Sequence record: DRR378314_1373
Length of the DNA stretch: 34,067 bases
Reading direction: 5' to 3' (one strand)
Shown: positions 18,817-27,652 of the stretch, piece by piece
Layout: every line of letters starts with the position of its first letter
Numbering within the stretch: the first letter of the stretch is position 1
Position numbers and translations under genes: made by a program
The notes under the pieces: model-generated
Seen by the model: the letters and a program-made list of their open reading frames with translations, nothing else
Databases searched by the model: none
Told to the model about the DNA's origin: nothing

Positions 18817-19767
18817 TTAACTGTGCAGAACTGCCAACGCGCCAGCCGTATCAACCGCAAGCATCCGTCTCATCTGATCAACGGTGACTTCGGAAATCAG
18901 CGGCGTCAGGCGCCCGATGCCATCATCTGCATCTGGCCCTTCGGCATTGCGAACAGCAGCAAGATCCTGCCCGAACTCACCGTTTAGAACATGAGAATAC
19001 GCACACATCTCTTGCAAGCGCAGAGTGACGAAATAGAGGCAATCTCCAGTTTCGTTGAATTGACCAGCATTCGGTTTATACCCAGGTTTTCCCGATCCTG
19101 TGAAGGAGGTATGAACAGCAGTGCCCAGAATGGCCTTCACCTGCTGGCGCCACGCGGCATATGCCCCGTCCTGATCGAATTCCAAACCTGCGCGGTAAAG
19201 CCTTTCGCTGACCGCTTTAAACGCGCGACCGCCTGCAATATGGCGTCGCCAAAAGTCCTGCGCTTCTTCGATGGTCGTACATTCGACAAATCGTTTGGCC
19301 AGCTTGGGTCTGGACACAAACGCCAGCGCCATATCCACATCTTCAGAAATCGAACGCGCGATCTGCATGGAAGGCGTCTGCAAATCGTGCAGGAAAAGCA
19401 AGCGGATCGCGTTCAACTGCTCGATCATTCGAAACGTCAGCGCCCGAAGTGCTTCCCACTGATCCGTCGTAAGTCCGGTTTTTGGCAGATCGATTGCCTC
19501 AACCGAAGCACTGTGCAGCGCCGCAACCCAAATGGCTGCCTGATCGAACATAAAGAAAGCGTCGACCGAATGACTGTCGGAGCCAACGTCCCAGTCTTCG
19601 AAAGGGCGGAATCCGCGAAACCTGACAATCGTCTTGCGCCAGACGCTATCCAGATCAAGACCTCTGGCCGACCACATTTGCCGGGTCCGCGCAAGAATCT
19701 GTGGGGAAACGCCGGGATAGCTGCGTTCGAAAGAGCCCGGGAAAACGTGAGACGTGTCGGATTGCAT
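18817..19767 (-). CDS. Hypothetical all-helical protein, possibly DUF5677/HEPN-like
   Basis: Likely start ATG 19767; AIRLLF...MQIARSISE and late LGTAVHTS motifs resemble that family. Confidence 0.6.
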   Translation of the reverse strand: MQSDTSHVFPGSFERSYPGVSPQILARTRQMWSARGLDLDSVWRKTIVRFRGFRPFEDWDVGSDSHSVDAFFMFDQAAIWVAALHSASVEAIDLPKTGLTTDQWEALRALTFRMIEQLNAIRLLFLHDLQTPSMQIARSISEDVDMALAFVSRPKLAKRFVECTTIEEAQDFWRRHIAGGRAFKAVSERLYRAGLEFDQDGAYAAWRQQVKAILGTAVHTSFTGSGKPGYKPNAGQFNETGDCLYFVTLRLQEMCAYSHVLNGEFGQDLAAVRNAEGPDADDGIGRLTPLISEVTVDQMRRMLAVDTAGALAVLHS

Positions 19768-19904
19768 GTCGAGTTTGTCTTTCCATGGATTGTAACAGCT
19801 TATCAACGATCTCCGATGCGACAAACCAACAATGCGTGGAATTGGCGTCGAACAATCCACAATTTCAACAAAGTTTCTGAATTCGAGGTCAGCGGGGCAA
19901 ACCA

Positions 19905-21269
19905 ATGGTCATGAGTTTCCGACAATCACAGCGCCAGACCGGGCTATTGAACCACTCGATGACGCAAGCGATCAAACTGATGCGGATGCACAAGTTCGAG
20001 TTGCTGAAATACTTAGCTCAAGTCACAGAAGAAAACCCATTCCTCGAAACCGGTTCTGAGGATTTTGAAATACACTCGGGCGGATTAGCTGCACCTTTGC
20101 CTGACGCAACTGATGCTGTTGCCGACACAAAGACCAGCCTGTACCAAAAAGTAGCTGAACAATTGCCGCTGATCTTTGACGACAAAGGCGATATCGGCAT
20201 AGCCTTGGCCTTCCTTGCCGAGCTTGAGCCCAGTGGGTGGCTCGGCGTTTCGGTGGACGAGATTGCCGACGCCTATGGATATTGCCCTATAACCTGTGCC
20301 GAGGTCCTGTCAAAGCTGCAAACAGTCGAACCGGCAGGACTATTTGCGCGCGATCTTAAGGAATGCTTGCGCCTGCAGGCGATGGAACGTGGAATTCTAA
20401 ACGGCGTCATGTCGAAACTGATCAACAATCTCGACGCGCTGATGGACTGCGACCTACCGGGCTTGGCACAGAACCTGGGTGTGGATCTGGCGGATATAGC
20501 AAAATGTCTGGATGACATACGCAAAATGAATCCAAAACCAGGAGCAATTTTCGCAACTGATGACACACTGGCGCGGGACAGTGATGCCACAGTAGAGATC
20601 GTTGGCTCCGACCTGCTGATTGAGCTGAATGCGTCAAGCTTTCCAACTGTCCGGTTATCACAGGCGCTGATTTCGAGCGCGTTTGCCAAAGCAGCGCTGC
20701 AAAACCATCATGTTTCAATGATACGTCAGGCCAAATCGTTGCGTTCGGCACTGGAGGTAAGAAACGCAACTGCTCTGGCAGTCATTACTGCAATCTGCAT
20801 GCGTCAAAACAGGTTTCTCGCACGTGGGTTTTACGCGTTGCGACCCATGCGTATGACCGATGTCGCCGAAGACACGGGCTTTAGCGAAGCAACTATAAGC
20901 AGGGTCGTCTCTGGTTTGACCATTCAATGCCCGTTAGGAAACATTTTGGCCAAATCTCTTTTTTGCGCACCTTTATCCCATGGCTCTTTGTCCGAAACCA
21001 AGCATGTGGCGCTGCACCAAATTAGGCGTCTAATTGCGTCAGAGAATAAGCTTGCGCCTCTTAGTGACGGCGACATTGCCGGTCATGTGAATAAATCGGG
21101 CCTCACTCTGTCCAGACGAACAATTGCCAAGTACCGGCAGTCACTTGGTCTTAGCGCGCCCAGCGTTAGACGAAAGAACGCAGAATTGGAAATGCATTTG
21201 GCCATTGCCAGAAAAGGACGAGGGTTAGGCCGGCATGAATTTGGTGAAAAACAAAACCTGACAACTTGA
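19905..21269 (+). CDS. rpoN: RNA polymerase sigma54 factor, divergent paralogue
   Basis: Region I (QAIKLMRM...EENPFLE), EPAGLFARDLKECL.LQ, HTH SEATISR, PLSD, RpoN box SRRTIAKYR. Confidence 0.92.
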   Translation: MVMSFRQSQRQTGLLNHSMTQAIKLMRMHKFELLKYLAQVTEENPFLETGSEDFEIHSGGLAAPLPDATDAVADTKTSLYQKVAEQLPLIFDDKGDIGIALAFLAELEPSGWLGVSVDEIADAYGYCPITCAEVLSKLQTVEPAGLFARDLKECLRLQAMERGILNGVMSKLINNLDALMDCDLPGLAQNLGVDLADIAKCLDDIRKMNPKPGAIFATDDTLARDSDATVEIVGSDLLIELNASSFPTVRLSQALISSAFAKAALQNHHVSMIRQAKSLRSALEVRNATALAVITAICMRQNRFLARGFYALRPMRMTDVAEDTGFSEATISRVVSGLTIQCPLGNILAKSLFCAPLSHGSLSETKHVALHQIRRLIASENKLAPLSDGDIAGHVNKSGLTLSRRTIAKYRQSLGLSAPSVRRKNAELEMHLAIARKGRGLGRHEFGEKQNLTT

Positions 21270-21346
21270 ATGCTCCGAGGTCATCCGAATTGAAACAATT
21301 TTTCCAGCCAACTGAAAACCAGGCGGCGTCGTGACACAAGACAATC

Positions 21347-21856
21347 ATGAACCGAACAGCCAATGAACTCGTAGAACCAGTTATGTTGCGTAGCTTACGC
21401 CCTGTCACGTCTGCTGACACTGGAGCAGTTCATGCGGCCCTGCAAAATCAAGACCTGGTTCGGTGGCTTGGGGCATTGCCATTGAATGTCGATTGGGAGA
21501 CGTCCCGAAAATATCTTGAATTCCTTCTGGATCCTGAAGTGGAATCCAATGCGATTTGTCTGGGAGACAAATTGGTTGGCACTGTCAGCTATGGCCTTGA
21601 ATTGTCATTCTGGCTGGAACCTCGCCTTCACAGGCGCGGTTTGGGCAGTTGGGCTATCTCAACTTTCATCGAGAAGCTGCCATCCGAATGTCACACGATC
21701 ACTGCTTGTTGCATGATAGATAATTTTGGAGCCTCGGCGGTGCTGGGGCATATCGGGTTCCAGCGGGACACCATCCCAATAAGAAGATTTTCATTTGTGC
21801 ACGAACACTCTGTTCCGATGTGGCGATACACACTGAAGCGATCCTCCCAAGTGTAG
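21347..21856 (+). CDS. GNAT acetyltransferase (RimJ/RimL-like)
   Basis: LRPVT..D, LSFWLEPRLHRRGLG, DN.GASAVL..IGF motifs. Confidence 0.75.
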   Translation: MNRTANELVEPVMLRSLRPVTSADTGAVHAALQNQDLVRWLGALPLNVDWETSRKYLEFLLDPEVESNAICLGDKLVGTVSYGLELSFWLEPRLHRRGLGSWAISTFIEKLPSECHTITACCMIDNFGASAVLGHIGFQRDTIPIRRFSFVHEHSVPMWRYTLKRSSQV

Positions 21857-22267
21857 GTTGATGAATCATAGCGTATAAAGGGGTTATCGTAACGAAACTG
21901 TCATATGATGCACAAGCAAGCTTTTGTTATTGAATGGTTTTTTCGCTCGCCTTTAATTAGGCCCCCGTTTTTTGTTCAGTATCGCCCTCACTGCTCCTCA
22001 ACGCATGTGATTAATAGCTTCTTGAGTGTTGTTCCTCCAATTTGCCTGGGTTTCTACGCCTCTCAAGATCAAAGGTGATGGTGCCTTTAAGGTTGATGTG
22101 TGCGTGAGCAATTGGGGCGATATGGCGCATGTGGTCCTGAGAGCGACCCCAGTCAGAGCGTCTGATGGCTTGGTCGTATCGAAGTGCATTGGGGTGATAG
22201 CGTTCCTAACCTTCTGGTCAATAAAACTATTCCGGAATAACGAATACATCAGCCCATCGTTTTATAA

Positions 22268-23092
22268 GGCTTTGTCGCAAGTTTTTCATGGATCAGAGCG
22301 CCCGGCCTGTCTGGACGGATTTATTCCGCTAGCTCAGAGAACTGACGAAAGCCACACTTCAACTGGCCAAGCTACCCCTTGCGGATCATGTTGGCGGCCT
22401 CGATCCCGGCAAGTGTCGCTGCAGCGGAGGCGAAGCATTTGATCTCCAACATCGGCCTCGTGAACCGCTTGATGAACCGGTGATCCTGCTCAACAATGTT
22501 GTTTAAGTATTTTGATCTGACAGTGTCGATCTTAACAGGTATCCGCAATCGCTTGAAGATTTTGTTGACCTCCTTGATTCCCGCTGCATTGCTCCTGCTA
22601 TTGTCGATGGTAATCCGTTTCGGGATGCCATTATTATACAAAGCGTTGGCGAAGAACTTCTTGACCGCGGCGGTGTTTCGCTTCTCGGAAAGCATGAAAT
22701 CAAGGGGTTGTCCGCCGCGATCTACCGCACGATACAGTTACACACATTCTCCACGCACTTTGATTTACGTCTCATCCATGCACCAGGATTCTGCGGTGTT
22801 GGCCTTCCGTTTCTGCGCCTCGCGAGCGGCCTCGGGTGTGTACTTCACGACCCAGCGGTTCAGCTTCGCATGATCAACCAACATACCTCGTTCCGCCATG
22901 ATCTCTTCCAGATCACGGTACCAGACACCATAGCGAACGTAGAAATATTCCGCATATAGGATCACAGGTTGTGGGCAATGCGCACCATTGAAGTCGATCA
23001 TTGGGCATTCCTAAAAGTTGCCGCGGTCAAACCACCTGTTGGATCAAACAACACCAAGGTGCAACATGGCGGCCAAAATTTGCGACAAGGCC
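22268..23092 (-). mobile_element. IS6-family element with inactivated transposase
   Basis: Terminal IRs GGCTTTGTCGCAAGTTT and GGCCTTGTCGCAAATTT; tnp from 23001 is broken by stops (e.g. 22765-22767) and a frameshift. Confidence 0.92.
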
Positions 23093-23099
23093 TGCGTTC

Positions 23100-24098
23100 T
23101 CACATAAGTTGGAAGCCATGTGCAAGAGGATCATCGTCATCGACGAAGATCGTGTTGTGCCCTGTGATTTTTGCCCACCCCGCAACAGAGGGCGAGATGG
23201 CAGCGAAGTCGCCAAGTGTGGTTTCACTTTCGATCCGGCAGTTGAACAAGGTGCCAATGATGCTTTCGTGGACGAAGGTTTCGCCAATATCCAACAGGCC
23301 TTTTGATGCCAGTTGCGCCATGCGCGCGGACGAACCCGTCCCGCAAGGCGACCTGTCGATGGCCTTCTCGCCGTAAAAGACCGCGTTACGGGCAGATGCC
23401 TTGGGGTCACGTGGCCGGTCGCACCACATCACGTGGCTGACGCCTTGGATGCGTGGATCTTCCGGATGAACGGGTGTGACAGCGGCCTCGGCCGCGGTAC
23501 GCACACGAGGGCTAAGCGCAATCAGCTCGGAAGCAGTGCAGGTGTCAAGACCTTGCCAATTTCCTTGCGGCTCAACAATTGCGTAAAAATTTCCGCCATA
23601 TGAAACATCCAAAGTAAGGCGCCCCAGCCCTTCGACGTCGACAGTGATGTCAGATGCGTGAAGAAACGACGGGACATTGAACAGGCGGACTTCGGTGACG
23701 CGGTTCCCCTCCATACGATAGGTGACATCCACCCGGCCCGCCGGGGTTTCGATGGAAAGCTGCCCCGGGACACGCGGAGAGATCAGCCCTTCTTCGATGG
23801 CGACCGTGACCGCGCCGATGGTGTCGTGACCACACATTGGCAAGCAGCCACTGACTTCGACGAACAGGATCGCCATCTCACAATCATCGCGCGACGGGGG
23901 GTAGAGGATCGCGCCGGACATCTGATCGTGGCCTCTGGGTTCGAACATGAGAGCGCGCCTGACCCAATCGTGGTGTGCAAGGAAAATCATCCGCTTTTCG
24001 GCCATCGGAACATGTGGCAACGCGGGGCCACCGCCGACAACCATCCGAACGGGGTTGCCGCATGTGTGTGCATCTACGCAAAAAAAAGATCGTCTCAT
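23100..24098 (-). CDS. Proline racemase family protein, 4-hydroxyproline 2-epimerase type
   Basis: DAHTCGNP, LMFEPRGH, LPMCGH and DRSPCGTG (Cys/Cys catalytic pair); hydroxyproline gene context. Confidence 0.9.
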   Translation of the reverse strand: MRRSFFCVDAHTCGNPVRMVVGGGPALPHVPMAEKRMIFLAHHDWVRRALMFEPRGHDQMSGAILYPPSRDDCEMAILFVEVSGCLPMCGHDTIGAVTVAIEEGLISPRVPGQLSIETPAGRVDVTYRMEGNRVTEVRLFNVPSFLHASDITVDVEGLGRLTLDVSYGGNFYAIVEPQGNWQGLDTCTASELIALSPRVRTAAEAAVTPVHPEDPRIQGVSHVMWCDRPRDPKASARNAVFYGEKAIDRSPCGTGSSARMAQLASKGLLDIGETFVHESIIGTLFNCRIESETTLGDFAAISPSVAGWAKITGHNTIFVDDDDPLAHGFQLM

Positions 24099-24101
24099 TG
24101 G

Positions 24102-25364
24102 TCAGCTCCGAGAAAAGCGGGTGATGGCATATGGGGAAATGTCGAGGCCGGGATCCTGACCTGCGATCAGGTCACAAACTATCCTGCCGGTTGTTGCCGC
24201 TTGCGTCAGACCAAGATGTCCATGCCCGAACGCATATACGACACGGTGAGAGCGAGGAGACCGTCCGATGACAGGAAGGCTGTCCGGGGTTGCGGGTCGG
24301 TGTCCGGCCCAGACGTCCCCTTCGTCGGTTCTTAGGTCGGGGAAGTAGTTCTTTGCCAGTTGAGCCAGGCGGTGGGCACGTTTGTAGTTCGGTTTTGCCT
24401 CTAACCCCCCAAATTCGGCCGCCCCCCCAATCCGAAGACCGCCCGACAAAGGAGTGGCAACGAATTTGTCTTCGGCGAAGACGATTTCTCGACCTACTGA
24501 AACCCCTGGGTTGGATAGCGTCTTGTTGTACCCGCGCTCACTTTCAAGCAGGACGGGATCGCCGACCGTTCGGGCCAGCGACCTGGACCACGCGCCCGCC
24601 GCAACGACAACATGCGCAGCGTTCAGTCGCGCTCCGCTTTCCAGGTCAATTTCGACTTTGTCGGCAGTGGCCGAAATTGAGGTCGCATTCGACGTCACGA
24701 TTTGCACCTGCCGTGTAATAAGCCAATCGCGCAGTCGATCGACAACGTATTTCGGGTCGTTGAAATGAGACCATTGAGGCATCAAAACCGCTGCTGCCAC
24801 AGAAGGGCTGAGTGCAGGTTCTAGATCGCGCGCCTCGTTACCGGTGATCTCCTGGCAGTCGATATTGTGTTCGCGCCGCAGATCCCACTCTTTGCGGTCT
24901 CCATCCAACCCGGCTTGAGTTTTGTAAACACTCAGCGCGCCAACCTCATTCATCTCATCGGTCAGACTGCAGTCTTTCAGAAGAGGGCGCAAGTCATCGT
25001 ATGTGCGCGTGTTGAGCTGTGAAAGGGCGGCGGCAATTCTGGCCATTTCCGAGGCCCTTGACGCTGCAGCAAATCGAATGAGCCAGGGGAGAAGATGAGG
25101 GACGTGAGGCCAGCGCACAGACAAAGGACCGAGCGAATCCAACAGCCAACCGGGTACTTTCCAAAACACTCCGGGCGATGATGCAGGGACAATTTCAGTT
25201 ACTGCGATGCCGGATGCATTGCCAAAAGAGGCCTTGTCCCCCTTGGGGTCCCGATCGACGACTGTTACAGAAAACCCCATTTTAACAAGCGCATAAGCGG
25301 ATGCCAGCCCGACAATTCCAGCTCCGATCACGGCGACTTCAGCATTGCGTTTTTCGCTGAGCAT
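24102..25364 (-). CDS. FAD-dependent D-amino acid dehydrogenase, probable D-hydroxyproline dehydrogenase
   Basis: GAGIVG, ASFGNA, ERGY, WAGHRPATPDSLPVIG, FGHGHLGLT; GGAG RBS before ATG 25364. Confidence 0.85.
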   Translation of the reverse strand: MLSEKRNAEVAVIGAGIVGLASAYALVKMGFSVTVVDRDPKGDKASFGNASGIAVTEIVPASSPGVFWKVPGWLLDSLGPLSVRWPHVPHLLPWLIRFAAASRASEMARIAAALSQLNTRTYDDLRPLLKDCSLTDEMNEVGALSVYKTQAGLDGDRKEWDLRREHNIDCQEITGNEARDLEPALSPSVAAAVLMPQWSHFNDPKYVVDRLRDWLITRQVQIVTSNATSISATADKVEIDLESGARLNAAHVVVAAGAWSRSLARTVGDPVLLESERGYNKTLSNPGVSVGREIVFAEDKFVATPLSGGLRIGGAAEFGGLEAKPNYKRAHRLAQLAKNYFPDLRTDEGDVWAGHRPATPDSLPVIGRSPRSHRVVYAFGHGHLGLTQAATTGRIVCDLIAGQDPGLDISPYAITRFSRS

Positions 25365-25385
25365 GAGCAGCACTCCAAAAAAGTA

Positions 25386-25422
25386 TTGACTTATTGTAGA
25401 TTGGATCCAATCCTACTGTCAA
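25386..25422. promoter_or_regulatory. Overlapping divergent sigma70-type promoters with a central palindromic operator
   Basis: Minus strand TTGACA-N18-TACAAT; plus strand TTGACT at 25386; 14-bp palindrome GATTGGATCCAATC at 25399-25412. Confidence 0.7.
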
Positions 25423-25456
25423 TCAATAAGCAATATGCAACCAAGGGAGAAAAAAG

Positions 25457-26272
25457 ATGAAACTTGGACTATTCTCCGGCGCCGTCGCGCTGGTCATGAC
25501 AGCGAGTGCTGCACTTGCGGACGGGTCGCTGGACAGAGTTATTCAATCCGGGAAATTGCGGTGCGGTGTGCAGCTTGATTTCCCGCCAGCAGGCTTCCGT
25601 ACCGCTGAGAACCAGCCCGAAGGCTACGACGTTCAATACTGCAAGGACATGGCGGTGGCGCTCGGCGTGGTCGCTGAAATCGTCGAGACGCCTTCGGCTG
25701 ACCGAATTCCGGCGCTACAGACAAACCGCATTGACGTTCTGATTGCATCCGCATCCATCACACCTGCACGTGCGCTCAGCGTTTCGTTTTCGCAACCGTA
25801 TGTGAATTACACAAATGTGGTTCTTACACGTAACGATGCGGGCATCGCCACGTTCGACGACTTGAAGGGCCGCCCAGTGGGTGGGGTGGTGGGAACCACG
25901 ACCGAACAAAACCTCCAAGCCGCGTTGGACGGCTGGGGAAATGAGGCTGGCGTTTACACCAGCTACGGCAGTGAAGCCGAAAGCTACCTTGCGCTGTCAC
26001 AGGGGCGGATCGATGGCATCATTCTGAGCAACGCCACCGCAGCTGCCCTGGTGCAAAGCGGGCAATTCGACAATCTCGTCGTTGCCGGTGGCGCCCCGAC
26101 GCCCCCCGATCTGTGCGGCATCGCTGTGCGCCGTGAGGATTCCGATCTGCTGGATTGGGTTGAAGTCTTCGTCTGGTCGCAAGTCGTGGGCGGTCGCTAT
26201 GCCGATCTCTATGCCCATTACTTCGGGGGTGGCACACCGCCTGCTCTGAGCGTCACCACCGTCGACTACTAA
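25457..26272 (+). CDS. Polar amino acid ABC transporter substrate-binding protein
   Basis: Signal peptide ending ALA; SBP_bac_3 motifs (GYDV, RIPAL..NRID, ITPARA..V.FS.PY). Confidence 0.92.
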   Translation: MKLGLFSGAVALVMTASAALADGSLDRVIQSGKLRCGVQLDFPPAGFRTAENQPEGYDVQYCKDMAVALGVVAEIVETPSADRIPALQTNRIDVLIASASITPARALSVSFSQPYVNYTNVVLTRNDAGIATFDDLKGRPVGGVVGTTTEQNLQAALDGWGNEAGVYTSYGSEAESYLALSQGRIDGIILSNATAAALVQSGQFDNLVVAGGAPTPPDLCGIAVRREDSDLLDWVEVFVWSQVVGGRYADLYAHYFGGGTPPALSVTTVDY

Positions 26273-26281
26273 TACACCTCG

Positions 26282-26308
26282 CCCCGCATCGAGGGATCGG
26301 TGCGGGGT
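26282..26308 (+). other. Intercistronic hairpin after the binding-protein gene
   Basis: CCCCGCATCGA-GGGA-TCGGTGCGGGG. Confidence 0.5.
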
Positions 26309-26329
26309 TATCCGCCGGGGGCATCTCAC

Positions 26330-26992
26330 ATGTTCAACTACAGTTTCCACTGGTCAATCGTCTGGCCGCGACTGGATGAGCTCATAGCAGGCGCAGTTTT
26401 AACCCTGCAGGTGACCGTACTTTCGATGGTGATTGGTACAGTCATTGCGCTTTTTCTTGCGCTTGCTCGTCGCCAGGGTTCTGGACTTGGCTATCACGCG
26501 GCGACTGCTTGGGTCGAAGTCTCGCGAAACACGCCTGCCCTGTTTCAGATTTATATGGTGTACTTTGGCTTGGGAACCGTAGGCGTTCAGTTCTCCAGCT
26601 ACGTGGCCGTTCTTCTCGCCTTGTCATTCAATAACGCGGGCTACCTTGCCGAGGTGTTCCGCGGTGGGTTGAATGCCGTTCCCGCAACGCAGTTCTCGGC
26701 AGCGCGATCCTTGGGGATGTCCCAATTATCCGCCTACCGGAACGTGATCTTTCCACAGGTCTTTCGCGTCGTCTTTTTGCCTTACGTGAACCAACTGAAC
26801 TGGGCGCTTCTGAACAGCTCTCTTGGGATGATCATCGGGCTTCGTGAGCTGACGGGTGCAACACAAGCCGCGCAGTCGGTGTCCTTCCGAACCTTCGAAT
26901 TCTTCTTAGTTGCCGCTGCAATGTACTATGTGATGTCAAAACTTATCCAGGCATCTGCCCAGGTTGTATTTGCGCGGTTTAGCAGGGGTTGA
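26330..26992 (+). CDS. Amino acid ABC transporter permease
   Basis: RNTPAL, AYLAE-like GYLAEVFRGG, EAA-loop AARSLGMS. Confidence 0.92.
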   Translation: MFNYSFHWSIVWPRLDELIAGAVLTLQVTVLSMVIGTVIALFLALARRQGSGLGYHAATAWVEVSRNTPALFQIYMVYFGLGTVGVQFSSYVAVLLALSFNNAGYLAEVFRGGLNAVPATQFSAARSLGMSQLSAYRNVIFPQVFRVVFLPYVNQLNWALLNSSLGMIIGLRELTGATQAAQSVSFRTFEFFLVAAAMYYVMSKLIQASAQVVFARFSRG

Positions 26993-26995
26993 GCT

Positions 26996-27652
26996 ATGCA
27001 GATGAATCTTTTCTCTGACTTGCAGTGGAGCGACCTTCCCTTTCTTCTTGAAGGGGCGTGGCGCACGATACTCTTGACACTGTTATCCGTGACCTTCGGA
27101 ACACTGATCGGAGTGATTGTTGGCTGGGCACGAGAAGAAAACGCCTTCGCCCGCTGGGCACTCGCGCCTTATGTCGATGTCACGCGTTCGGTTCCTCTGA
27201 TCATCCAGTTTATCCTTGCAAACAGCTTCTTCGCCCTGGCTGGCGGCAGTGCAAGCCCTCTAACCGTCGGCTGTGTGGTGTTGAGCCTTTACATGGGTGT
27301 TCTGACGTCCGAGCTGGTTCGCGCTGGCATCAGGTCTGTTCGGGGTGAGATCACCCGCGCAGCCCGTTCTCTTGGAATGAGCTACTGGCAAGAGCTGGCA
27401 AAGGTCCGCGCACCAATTGCAACCAGAGCCATGTTCCCCAGCTGGATCGGAACCGTGATTGGTCTGACCAAGGATACCGCACTTGTCGGTGTCATTGGCT
27501 ACGTCGAGCTCCTTCGGGCCTCTCAAATTCTGATCACCCGCACAAATGAAGCTTTGCTTCTGCTCAGCGGCGTCGGCCTGTTCTACTTCCTGATCTGCTA
27601 CCCAATCTCGCGCTTTAGCGCGCATCTTGAGAGGAAAATGGCTCATGATTGA
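26996..27652 (+). CDS. Amino acid ABC transporter permease
   Basis: RSVPL, SELVRAGI, AARSLGMS, KDTAL motifs. Confidence 0.92.
   Translation: MQMNLFSDLQWSDLPFLLEGAWRTILLTLLSVTFGTLIGVIVGWAREENAFARWALAPYVDVTRSVPLIIQFILANSFFALAGGSASPLTVGCVVLSLYMGVLTSELVRAGIRSVRGEITRAARSLGMSYWQELAKVRAPIATRAMFPSWIGTVIGLTKDTALVGVIGYVELLRASQILITRTNEALLLLSGVGLFYFLICYPISRFSAHLERKMAHD

Noticed and set aside
18991-19914. 307-aa plus-strand ORF
   Set aside because: Antisense shadow of the 18817-19767 gene, with Arg-rich, non-protein-like composition
21975-22267. ORFs next to IS6, and a minus-strand GGAGG followed by KKLLITC
   Set aside because: At most a decayed gene start with no start codon and an early stop; not supportable as a gene
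23658-24335. 225-aa plus-strand ORF and similar long antisense ORFs over the hydroxyproline genes
   Set aside because: Shadow frames of GC-rich genes on the opposite strand
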